Below, one piece after another: positions 11,618-25,161 of a DNA stretch of 64,000 bases. The DNA comes from Pseudovirgaria hyperparasitica (Eukaryota), in the NCBI GenBank assembly GCA_010093815.1, contig ML996573.1. The stretch is one strand, 5' to 3'. Within the stretch, counting starts at the first letter, position 1, and each line of letters opens with the position of its first letter. The notes below the pieces were generated by a model. The model was not told the DNA's origin and ran no database searches. It worked only from the letters and a program-made list of their open reading frames with translations. The position numbers and the translations under genes were made by a program.

Positions 11618-13411
11618 CTACACCGCCGCATCCCCAAGCGAGCTCTTCTCCTTACTCGTCCCACTTCCACTCTGCCCCGCACTCCCAACCCGATCCAAAC
11701 GCTCCGCCCGACCCGCATCCTTCTCAAACCGCGCCTCGGCCGCCATCTGCGCCGCCATGATCCCATCCTGGCGCACACTCGAGTTCCTGCGCACCTCCCT
11801 ATTCTCATCCTCCTGGTACTCGGGCGGCCGCTTACTGCTAATCGCCACGGGATCCGTGCACACAAACAGATTCTTATTCTCGCGGAAGTAGCGGTCCACG
11901 TCCTCGAGCGTGCGGTCGGCGGTCTCGGGGTAGAAGAGGTAGATGGTGGGCACAAAGGCGAAGTTGAAGACGGTCCAGATGATGTAGAATTTCCAGCCGA
12001 GGGACTCGATGCCCGGCGGGGTGATTTCGACGACGATGAAGTTGCAGATCCAGTTTGTGGCGGTGCCGAGGGCGGCGCCCTTGGTGCGCATGCTGATCGA
12101 GTTGATCTCGGATGGGTAGAGCCAGGGCACGCCCTGCCAGCCGATGCCGAAGAAGACGTAGAAGAGGAAGAAGAAGGCGATTGAGGCCTCGGCCCAGCGC
12201 TCACGGGTGGCCGCGGCGAGCGACTCCATTTCGTTGTAGCGGATGCAGATGGTGATGACGGCGTAGCAGACGAATTGGCCGGTGGCGCAGTACATCATCA
12301 TCTTGCGGCGGCCCCAGCGCTCGACGTTGGGGATGCCGATGAAGGAGAAGAGGAGGTAAGAGACGGAGTTGCAGGCGGTGAGCAGACGCGCGAGACTTTC
12401 TTCCAGGCCGACGGACTCGATGAGCACGGTAGGGAGGTAGTATGATGTAACCTGAAGTTTTTATTATTATTGATATGACACGTGAGACTTGGGAAGGAAA
12501 TGGGCTTACGTTGATGCCGGAGAATTGCTGCATGAACTGGGTGCCCATGCCGAGGATGAGTCTGCGGACGGTACAGGAGCCGCCTTTGGTGTTGCCCTTG
12601 AGCAGGTTCATCCACGAGACGGTGTTTTCGCGCTCGTAGTTAATGGCCCACTTGATCTCCTTGGACTGCGTGACGACGTACGGATCGTCAATCTCGGAGC
12701 CTTCCAGATCAGCGAGAATTTGGTCAGCCTCGTCAACGCGATCCTTGGCCATGAGCCATCGAGGCGACTCTGGCAGCCACGGCACGGTAGCAAAGAGAAT
12801 GAAGATGAAGACAAACTGGAAGGCGAGCGGGAAGCGCCATGCAATTGGCCCGTCAAGGAACGAGAAGCCGTAGTTGATCCAGTTTGACAGCGAAAAGCCG
12901 GCAATGTTCATAATCATCTCGATGACGATCAACTTGCCGCGCCAGCTCGCCTTTGAGGTCTCGCCCTGCCACACGGGAGCGGTGGAGGTGTTGATGCCAT
13001 TACCGATACCCGCGACGATCCGACCGACAATCATCTGAGGCACGCTGTAGGAGGCAATCTGCAAAATGGCACCAATGCTCATGATGGTGGTGCCCAGCAA
13101 GATGGTGTTCTTGCGACCGAGCGGCTCGCCCAGGAACATGACGCTGATGGCGCCGAGGAAACATCCAATGTCGTAGATGGCGGTGACGGTCGAGATCAGC
13201 GAAGTCTTGCCCTGCAGGCCATGAGTGTCGAGGAAGTCGTCGGTGATGATGACGCCGCCTGTGGAGGTTAGACAGCGGACGAAGATGATGGAATCAAGAT
13301 GGACAGACTGAAGACACCCTGATCGTAGCCGAAGAGGGTCATGTCAGTAGCACAGGCAACGGTGACCCAAAAGGTCAGCCATAGTCCTTTCATGCCAAAA
13401 TAAGGCTTCAT
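11618..13411 (-). CDS. Sugar porter family MFS transporter, STL1-like, 3 exons
   Basis: FGYDQG, LGRKNTI, PESPRWL, QQFSGIN, WLYPSEI and PET motifs. Introns 13308-13259 and 12509-12452. Confidence 0.92.
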
Positions 13412-14295
13412 GATGAGTCGTGCTGGCGACGATGGAGTCGAAGGAGCAGATTTGAGGGTGGTGGAGGGAATTGAAGGGCAGACCAACAGGGCTCGAGACG
13501 GTAGAGGTCGGGCATGATGGCAGAGTACTTATACGATAGCGAGATGGCCGGGGGAGGATGGAAGTGGAGCGGTATAGCGACGAGGACAGCAGCGAAGAGT
13601 GGATGCACCGATGCACTGATGCGGCAGACAGAGATGGTCAAAGCGCCGCTGGAGTGAATGCCGGCGGGAGTGAATGAGAGATATACTCAAGCATCAGGCA
13701 GACTTCTTCTTCAGCCTGGCTAATCGCAGGCTCTCAACAGGCATTTCAGGCGGGCCAAGGAGAATGAATGCATGGACCTAAAGGTATGAACATCTGCACC
13801 CCACACCCACACTCTCGGTATTTAGCGTAGATGGTTGGACCTTTTGCATTTGCGGGCATTGAGCGTTTGGGCGAGGGAAGCACCGATTCGCGTATGGGTG
13901 TGCTAACATGTAGACGTTGACATGCAGTACTATAGAGTGTCCATGTCCATTAGGTTTTAGTATATACCTTGTTCCTTGCCGTGTTGCAGGCAGAGGGCAA
14001 GAGAGAGAGAGAGAGAGTGCCTCGGAGTGGATGTCCGGACTCGGATTATACTACTCGATATTCTCCACATTATGGATGGATTCCACATTATTGCACACGT
14101 TCCACAGGCTCCACTTGCTGAGCGCACGGGAGAATTGCGGACGGTTGTGTTGGGATCACGATACTGACACTGTAAAGGTAGTGGGAGTGCAGTCAGTGTA
14201 TAGAGTGTATAGAGTGTATAGGCTGAAGGGACGATAACAACAATAAACAACAACAACAACAACAGCAGCACGGAATAGCGGAAAACAGGAAGGAG

Positions 14296-14483
14296 CACGT
14301 GGAAAGCGGTGATGACGTCAGCCGTGAGAAGCGTGACGGTCATGTGCCTGGCGCGTGACTCATGACGTAATATTGTATCGTATGTTGTTGAATACATAAC
14401 ACTGACGCCGCAGTAGTACATAACACACGGACCATCTGCGCTGACTCGTGCCGCCAATGAAAACAGTGGATGCGATGACGTCA
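14296..14483. promoter_or_regulatory. Cluster of bZIP (CRE/AP-1) sites plus an E-box
   Basis: CACGTG at 14296, TGACGTCA at 14313 and 14476, TGACTCA at 14356 and TGACGTAA at 14363, in the divergent intergenic region. Confidence 0.45.
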
Positions 14484-15020
14484 GCAGAGCGCCCCACAAG
14501 TTAGGTTCCGCTGTAAGGCACATGTCAGGCAAACTTAGTTCTGCCTTACAGCCCTGTCTTCTGCCCTGCATCTGCATTTCTGCTCTCATCAACTCTTTTT
14601 CGTCTTCATCTTCGGCTCGTCTTCCACTCTACTCTCACTTTCACCTTCACTACATTGACTGCATCGCTTGTGCAATAGAAGGACTATCAGTTGTATCATT
14701 ACCACCCATCTTCCGCTCTCACAGACACCCATACTCATGCCAAAGAATGTCCGACTGAGGCCTATCGTTCAGGACAATATCCGCCTTCCCGAGTCCCACA
14801 CTCCTCTTTCGCTTGCGAATGTCACCGCCTGTACATCATGCCTCCTTTAAGCCAAGCAGCCCCCTTAGCGCGGGGTAGCTCCGGCTGCAGCATCTACACG
14901 CGACTACCTATCGCCAAAACACGACTGCTGCTGCCAGCACCACCATAAATCATAAATCGCTGCGACGACAACCCGCCTCTTCTCCTTAGTCGCAATAAAC
15001 CACATTCAAGTCCACACATC

Positions 15021-15593
15021 ATGTCCGTCGCCGCCGACGCATCGCCTGCACCAGATCCCAAATCAGTCCTCGAAGCCGACTTTGCCGCCTTCACTGCTGA
15101 ATATGTTGCTGCCTATCCTAAGATTACGGCTGATTCGTCGCTGTCGCCTGCTGAGAAAGGCCAGCGCGCTCTCGACCATATGATGTCCTTCTACTTTTCC
15201 TCCCTCTCCTCTTACTCCCACGGTAGCGTCACGCCCGTCGACGAAGACGTCTACCGCACCTATCTCTGCGCCTACTTCGAGCATGGCCTCGGTCTGAACC
15301 TGTCCGTCGCCAAGGAGCGTCTTGTCATGGTGCATGCCGGCCCGGATGCCAAGGGCGATATCATGGGCTCTGGGGTGTGGTTTGTCACGTATAAGATTGA
15401 TCCGCTGGATGGGCTGGAAGCGTGGGAGTGGGAGGATGTCTATGGTGTGCGTGCGCGAAGGGGGTCCGATGGCAAGCGGGAGTTGGGCTTTGAGTGGGTG
15501 GTTGCTGATAATGAAGTTACGGGCTTGATGGTGCATCGGCCGGTCATTTTTGCTGAGCTGTTCGGTGGCCCTGTTTCTGCTTCTACTTCCTGA
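15021..15593 (+). CDS. Hypothetical protein, possibly NTF2/SnoaL-like fold
   Basis: 190-aa ORF with strong codon bias and good start context (CATCATG). Helices are followed by beta-strands (VWFVTYKI, WEWEDVYGVR, FEWVVADNE). The fold call is an inference. Confidence 0.7.
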   Translation: MSVAADASPAPDPKSVLEADFAAFTAEYVAAYPKITADSSLSPAEKGQRALDHMMSFYFSSLSSYSHGSVTPVDEDVYRTYLCAYFEHGLGLNLSVAKERLVMVHAGPDAKGDIMGSGVWFVTYKIDPLDGLEAWEWEDVYGVRARRGSDGKRELGFEWVVADNEVTGLMVHRPVIFAELFGGPVSASTS

Positions 15594-15808
15594 TTGGCCC
15601 CCTTCTCTGTGAGCCCACTAATACATATACAATAAGAACTTATGGGATAGACGGCAGGGAAGACCTCGATGATTCGCAACGAATCGCGTGTCTGGAGTTT
15701 GAGAGAGATCGACGGAACAGGCCTTGCAATCTAGTATCAGTACGATGACTATTACTCATTTACATTATATTAACATCATAGTTTTGGTTTTTACAAAAAG
15801 ACCGCCTT

Positions 15809-17111
15809 TCATTCCGCAGTAATCCCTCCCTGCGCAAGAAAGTCCTGAATCCAGCGATACGCGTCCAGCGCAGAGTAATGCAGATTAATCCCATGGCCCG
15901 CCGTCCCAGCAATATAGCTCCCCTTATGCTGACTAGCCGGATACAGCATCGCAAGCGGCGCCTGCGCCTTGTCAACCGGGTAGCTGCAATTCCCAAAGCA
16001 AAACGGCAAGTCGGCATCGCCATTCACAATCGCCACGGGGCCGGTAAAGTTCGCCGCCGGCTTCGAGATGGCGGCCTGGGTGAAGAGCTCGCCGATTGCA
16101 GACGCGTCGCCGGCGGTACTGTACGACTCCTGCACGATGCGCGCGTCGAAGCCCGGCGCGGTGAAGAAGCCCGTCTGGAAGGCGGCGGGCGTGCCGGCGG
16201 CGATGTAGCCGTTTGAAAGCTGGGCGAAGCGGTAGGGCGCGACGCCCGAGGCGATGGAGAGGTCGAGGCCGAGGGTGAAGGCGGCGAGGCCGGACGTGTT
16301 TGTGGAGAAGCCGGTGAGGACGACGGCGTCGAGGAGGTGTGGTGCTGTGGCGGAGAGGGCCTGGGAGATGATGCTGCCGAAGGAGTGGCCGACGGCGACG
16401 ACTTTTGAGAATTGTGTTGTGCCGATGGCGCCGGCGCGGAGCTTCTGGACTAGTTGGGCGGCGATGGCGAGTTCGAGGGGGGCTTGGGTGGTTTGGATGG
16501 CGTCTGGGTGGGTGGAGAGGCCGGTGCCGAGACGGTCGTAGTTGAATGTTGCGAAGCCTTTGTCGATGGCGGCGTCGACGTACGAGTAGCCGGGCGCATA
16601 GTCCCAGTAGAGGTGGTTGAAGCCGATGCCGTGGGTTAGGAATTGGACGGCTTTGGGCTGGGCATTGCCAGCGGGCAGGCAGAGTTCGGAGTAGATGTTG
16701 TATGTGCCGGATACGCTGTTTGTGCCGCCCATGATCTGCTGCATGAATGGGGATCCAGGAGTCACCATTGACACGAATGTTTGCGTGAGGACGGATTGGT
16801 TGGCTGGAACGTCGTAGTTGAAGTGCACATTCATAGGCGATACTGCTTCCACGGGAATGATACCACGTACGCATACGCTATTCAATGTAAATGCTTTCAT
16901 TCAGGAGTTTTTGACTATTCAGAACTTACGCTTTGCCTCCACGAGATGGATAGACCGACGCGTCTTCAAATCCGTTCTTAGACGGAATTTGAACACCGGA
17001 TGGCACAGCATCTTGTGGATGAGGTACCTGAGGCTCCACAGTGATAGAGCTGTTGACTATCGCAGCAGCTGCGAGTCCAGCGAACGTGGTGGCGGAAATG
17101 ATTGAGCGCAT
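15809..17111 (-). CDS. Secreted alpha/beta hydrolase, 2 exons
   Basis: Signal peptide MRSIISATTFAGLAAAA, LTHGIG oxyanion motif, YDRLGTGLS, nucleophile GHSFG and C-terminal GHGINLH. Intron 16929-16878. Confidence 0.9.
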
Positions 17112-19284
17112 CGTGACAATTAACTTAGACTGAACTGTGTTTGGACCGACGATGAAAGAATTGTCTTGATGGGAACACCCAAGCCTTATAACATGCTGCC
17201 ATGGGTTCTTTTGTCATCGTCTCATTATATTGTGACGAGACTAATGACGTGTGCATGAACTGCGTCAACTTAGTACTCGAGATGACTATGCTCAGTCCTG
17301 TCCAGCCAGACGGATAGATCGGTACCTTTTGGCGCATCGACATTGCTAGAGACCTAGCACAAAGACGTGCGCCTAGTGTATCCAATGGTGTGCATGCATC
17401 GTGCGGTCTAAGATGCGACGGCCTTGCTGTGTCATCATTTTGGTCTGGTTTCTTCGACGATCATAATGATGGGACTATACCATGATATCAATCCTAGTCA
17501 GAGCTTTCCCATGTTAGCTCAATAGGCTGTCACTGTTCTTGTTCGGCTTCTTGTTGCCGGTGCTGTCCATGTGTTTCATGTCTTTGTCGTTTACACTTTG
17601 GAGAACGGCATCGTCCAAACGCAACGGGCCGGACACTCGGACTATGACGTCATGTCTACGGTACGGGGTCCATCTTCAATCTCCGGCCGGCGAGATCAAG
17701 CACCCTGATGTACATGAGCACGACACCTGTCCAAGGCTATAGTCTGACTTCAACGGTGCGACAATTGTCCTCGAACACAACATGGTCGATTGACGAGCGA
17801 GAATGCGTACAATAGGCGTACGAAATTACATGGGTCGGTATCCACTCCGGGGAGATCGCCCGCTAGTTCGCAGCGGGCGTAGATGCTTGTCTATACGCTA
17901 CCCCTTCGAATATGTGGGTACATGATGTCCACGGGTGGAAATGTATAAGTAACTGTGCCGCCTGTCTATGCTGAACTGCCTGCAGTAGAATCAGAGTATC
18001 TTTGTAAGAAATACCTTTACCTAGACAGACTTTGTGTAGTGATTCTTGTATGCGAAGCTTTACGAGGTGCATGATGTCTCAACTTACTAGTGATACATCG
18101 CGTGCGCTTTTCATTAAGTCAACAGTCGTTTTTTTTTTTGGAATAGCTAGTCATGTTATTGGATGCGGCGGAATTGACTTGGAATTCAAACAACACTTCA
18201 ACATGATCACGCCTCTCGTCCTCAATTTTCTGTTCTGACATCATACGACGATGTCCCTGAATCACTTGTCCATGGACCGGCGCTCGTCCTTTGTATGGTT
18301 CGCGGCCTACGTTGGAGGACGAATGAACGCATGGCTACATTCAGACAGCTTTATAGTCATAGATATACGCGTATAACGGTCGAACAGGGTCCCTGAACGC
18401 CGTCCGTGGGGTTCGCCTTGGTAATTGGTCGAAGATATAGCCTCTTTCATGATCCACTCTACCACACTGGCTAAATGAGCGTCCTCGAGTTCTTTTCAAC
18501 AAAGTTCCGGTGCGTTCGGAGCACGATGCTCGACTATATGGGGTGGACACTACATATCCATGGATTATGGACATGAAAGGCAGACGGGACCTGCTGTAGG
18601 CTACGAACGCGTCTTCCTGTGAATAGCATGGAGCCGTTAGTAATACTCCTGCTCCTACGAGGAGATGTACTTACAATCGAGTTGCAGCGTGATAAAAGAA
18701 AAACGAACAGATATTGAAGACGAGATATGTGACATGCCTCGGCCGTGTGGATGATTAAGTCCGACGTCGGTGGTCGGTAGTCCGAGACCGCAGAACCGTG
18801 CTCATCCGGAGTACTACTCCGCGACTTAGCAAATGTTCGACGCGACTACGTAAGGTATTCATCCTGAAACCTTATCGGCATCAACTGTGTATAAGGCCGC
18901 AGATCGCAAGATGGCGTCTGTGACTATGTGTGATGACTCAGGTGTAGGACGCCACAATGACGCAGTACTACAGGCCGCCACTCTTCGTATTTTGATTTTT
19001 AGGCCGACGAGCCAAATTCCATCTAAAGTCCGCAGCTGAAGCACCTATAGCAGGTCAAAACGTGGTTGTACCAACTGTTGTAGCATCCATCTGGCGAGCA
19101 AATGCAAGAATCCTTTTGTCGGGTCGTTAGTAGTCTACATCTCCGCTGAGAATGATCCTACTTACCCGGTTTGCAGCTGGGATCCATCGTTGTATATAAA
19201 GGGAGAGGAATGCCCCTTGCTCAAGAAGGTCTAAATCTCAAAAACAGTACTTACTAACGACCAAGCATTCATCTCATATACACC

Positions 19285-20165
19285 ATGTCCGACAAGTCTA
19301 TTCTTTTGATCACTGGCGGGAACACAGGTCTCGGTCTAGAGACTGTCAAGGCATTGGCCAACACGAAGACGGGCAAAGCGTTTCACATAATCATCGGCAG
19401 TCGAAAGCTTGAAGCGGGTGAGAAAGCCATCGCCGAAGTTCAGACCGAGTTCCCCAGCACCAAGAGCACCTTCGAGTCGATATCTATTGATGTCCAAGAC
19501 GACGCGAGTATAAGCAAGGCCTTCGAGCATGTCAAGTCTAAGTTTGGACACCTCGATGTTCTCCTTAACAATGCCGGTATGTCGCAAGAGTAGATAGATC
19601 ATGGAAAATTTTGTGTCTGACAGCAGCAGGGGCCGGATTCGACCAGGAAATGCTGCAAGGGAAGATTAGTATGCGTGAGGCCTGGAACAAGGCATACGAC
19701 ATCAACGTTACAGGAACATCTATCATGGTCCACACATTCTTACCCATCCTGCTCAAAGCCTCCGATCCGAGAATCCTGTTCATCACAAGTGGAACTTCGA
19801 CGCTCGCCAAGATGGCCGACAGGACGCTGATAAATTTCCCCCAAGTTGAGCCTGGCTATCCAAAGGACATTAAATTCTCATACCACTCGTACCAAGCAAG
19901 TAAAACCGGCATGAATATGATGTACCTGCACTGGGAACGGCTGCTCGAAAATGACAACATCAAATTATTTGCCGTATCGCCGGGATTTCTCGCAACAGGT
20001 CTTCAAAGTAACGCTGGCTCTAAAGAAGAGAATGCAGCTGCCTTGAAGAAAATGGGGGCTCTAGATCCATCTGTGGGAGGTGAGACTGTCCGAATGGTCG
20101 TGGAGGGTGAACGTGATGGTGATGCTGGGAAGATTGTTCTTAGGGATGGAGTGCAAGCATTCTAG
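19285..20165 (+). CDS. Short-chain dehydrogenase/reductase, 2 exons
   Basis: TGGNTGLG, LDVLLNNAG, YQASK and VSPGF motifs. Intron 19577-19629 has a tandem CAGCAGCAG acceptor. TATA (TATATAAA) near 19193. Confidence 0.92.
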
Positions 20166-20656
20166 ATGCCTGCAAGTATCGAGAGTGTATACCCAAGTAT
20201 TTTATATATACCTAATCATATTCAAACTCTCCGAAGCTAGTATTTATATCGATACCTTGGCCGACATCTTTGGCCTCTTGGCAGGCAGATCGATGGCATG
20301 ATGTGGTAAGAAACGGTTATGAGCAAATAGATAATGCTTCATAGGACCACATGGCAGGAAAGAGGACAACAAATCAAGTGCAAGGGGTGTCAACATATCA
20401 ACATAGGAAGAGAGTATGGATGGTGCTTTCACGCAGGCTTGCGACTAGCTACCACTTGGCGCATCAGCACGCTTGATGTCAGGAGCGACCCGCCCAGCAC
20501 TCGGCAGGGGTCCAGCAACCTTCAACGTACCTTTAATATCTGTACACAGTAATCTCTCTCCCCATGCTGCAAATGTAGCCTCGCCCGCTCCATCGACTCC
20601 AGTCCTGTCAATTCAATTCATCTTAACCGCTATTCCCACAGGACGTCTTCTCCCTG

Positions 20657-22468
<1,812 letters not shown>

Positions 22469-22965
22469 AATGGCTCCTTGCGGTTGCCACCTTCTCCATT
22501 CACATCTTCGGACCTCAGTCCGATCTCAGGGCCCGGTACAGGACGTACCTCAGCAAGCACTATAAAAGCCTTGTCTGACGTCCAAGCAGAAGACGCAGAC
22601 CAGACACACTGGCCACGTCATGAAAACACGGCGTCGTGGTATCGACATGCTTTGTTTCATTCTTGCTTTTGTATTATACTCATGACTGTCTCAGGATAAG
22701 AAAAATACCCAATCACAGCAAAGCGTTGTTGAAACAAACATCACAAAGCATTGTCTACATCCACTCGCACAATGAGTGCCTAGCGCTATTTCGTGATATC
22801 AAACCTCGCCTGCGCTTATTCAGAACCTCGTGAAATTCGATCTGACACCTTATCACCACGAGCGAGCAACATGTGCTCCCGGGGGTTTGTCATTCACTCT
22901 ATAGCTCTCCTCCCTCGCCGTCTTATCTCTCCTGTTTCCCTCTGCATGTATTTCTCTCACGACTC

Positions 22966-23268
22966 CTACTCCTCTTCCTCAGAGTCCACATCACCATCAC
23001 CATCCCCCAACTCCTCCTTCTCACTCTCATTCTCATTCCCATTCCCATTCCCATTCCCGGTCCTGGTCCCGGTCTCCTGCTCATAGCAATCAAGAACCAA
23101 AGAATAAACATAACACACGCCACTAAACGTCGCGCCCAGAACAAGCACCGTAAGCGACATGTACACAACCCCGAGTAGTATGTATAATGTTGTCAAGGCG
23201 AAGGCCTGCGCTAGATAGACGGCGTATTCGGCGCCGGGTTTGGCTTCGTTGGTGGTTGTGCTTTGCAT
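22966..23268 (-). CDS. Small hypothetical membrane protein
   Basis: 100-aa ORF with a long hydrophobic stretch, an acidic tail and an A-rich leader. No motif recognised. Confidence 0.35.
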   Translation of the reverse strand: MQSTTTNEAKPGAEYAVYLAQAFALTTLYILLGVVYMSLTVLVLGATFSGVCYVYSLVLDCYEQETGTRTGNGNGNGNENESEKEELGDGDGDVDSEEEE

Positions 23269-24022
23269 TGTATTTTTTGGGGGGTTTCTGTTGGGCTATG
23301 GGCTGTAGGCTGTAGGCTGCTTTGTTTGGGCTGTTGCTTTTTTGTTTGCTTCTCTGTCTATTTGTTTCTTCACTTCTTTCTTTGTTTCTTTGTCTGTTTC
23401 TTTCTTCTGCTTGGCTGTTTGTGCTATTTGTCTAGGACGTGGTCTAGCTGGGCTGAATTTGTACTTGGGGCTTTGATGCAGTATGATTGTAGGATTAGGA
23501 TCTGGCGAGGGAGGGTGGGCAGGTAATGCGTACTTTATATGTTATAATCATGTATGTGGAAACCTGTTGGATCCACGTGTGGCGGTGACCAGGTATGAGA
23601 AACAATGTGAAAAGGCAAGGCAGTGCCGCATGGGTCTATCCAGGTTGTTGTGGTGGCGATCCATGGGAAAACCTCTAGGATACCTTGCATCCAATCATCA
23701 GCATTCACGTTCGTGCTTGGCATTTTGAATCCAAGGAATTTGAATTGAGGATAGTCAGCAGCTGACAGACTCGTGGTAGTGTAAAGTGGGTTGTTGTCCT
23801 GGGTATGAACTGCATCTTTGACTGCTTTTAGATCGTGACTTCGTACACAGGATTGTGGCTGGAGCGGTTATACACCAGATAGGTCTGCATGAGATTCGCG
23901 TCTTGGTATGTTAAACTACGACTCGACTATCTGACCAATAGCTGAGTCCATCTCCCTATTCCTGACCGTGATGATAATCGTTCTGAGGCAGCACTCTCAC
24001 GGCCTAAGGCCCAAAAGCTCAA

Positions 24023-24806
24023 TCATGCCACCAGCTTCATGCCACGGTAGGACCCAGTCATCTTCTGATGAGCACAAAACTCAGCCCTATGCCCAGCATC
24101 CGCAATATTGCGACACATTTCCTCCGAGATGCCCGTATGCACCGCAGTCTGCATGATAATATCGTCGCAGCCGAACACATTTTCAAGCCCCAACTCCACC
24201 CCCTTGGCGAGCAGGTATCCAAAGGCGATGTCGTATTCCTTGCGGCGGTGTAAGCCGAATTGCCTGATCGTCTTGCCCTTGAGCCAATCAATATATTTGG
24301 CCAGAAAGTCTCGCGCTGCCTCCCAGCGCTGTTTGTGCTCGGCATCGTGTTTCGTCAGCGTTTCCGGTATAGGACGTACTCCGTGGGCATCAGTCTCATA
24401 TTTGTGGCACGCGCATTCGAAGTGTTTGGTGATGACCTCTGTGGACTGCCGGACTTCGTGTCACTCCTCACTAATATCGCAAGTGTAGAACGGTGATGTA
24501 AACGTCTCGCCTTCTGCACTGTGTTTGGACATCGACTCTTCCCCCGTTGTGCGACTGTTCGCATCGTAGTCCTGGTGTTGAATAGCAGTCGGTCCTGATG
24601 AATAACAAGATGACTGCTACCTCGACATCTGACAAATCCGCCCCTGTCCTCGCCTCACACTCGCACCCGGCGTCTGGATCACTTCCATCCGGAGAGAAGC
24701 TGTCTCCCGGGGCATCGCTCTGCGCCTCAATTTCGTTATAACTGACCAAAGAGTGATCTTCCACAAAATTCATAAATGGTCCGATACGAGTTAGCTCCTT
24801 TGACAT
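24023..24806 (-). pseudogene. Hypothetical gene with one in-frame TGA (pseudogene or recoded)
   Basis: ATG 24806 exon, putative weak intron 24620-24572, 36 codons, TGA at 24463-24461, then 145 open codons (KQRWEAARDFLAKYIDWLKGK...EYDIAFGYLLAKG) to TGA at 24025-24023. Confidence 0.4.
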
Positions 24807-25161
24807 GTGAAAAGGGCTTCTTCTCGTAGGCTATAGGGCTCGGCATATTCGTTGAATAGGGCATATCTGATTAGTCTTGAGGATGGTGAAGAAGAAGAAG
24901 AAGATGATGATGATGATGATTATGACCGTGACGGTGATGAGAAATGTATTAATTGTCAATTTTAGGGCAGGTGTAGCTACTTGTTTACAGGCATTCTATT
25001 GTTTTCATGTTGGGGTAGCAGGGCGCCTTCGTCGTACTTTCCGTAACTGTGATAAGTGTACTAGGCACAACCCATCTGCACGGGACGGCCCCGGACGAAG
25101 TGCTCGATGCGTGAACCCGTGTTCTCCCATTTCGATATGGCTCAACCGTTAAAGGTTCCTC

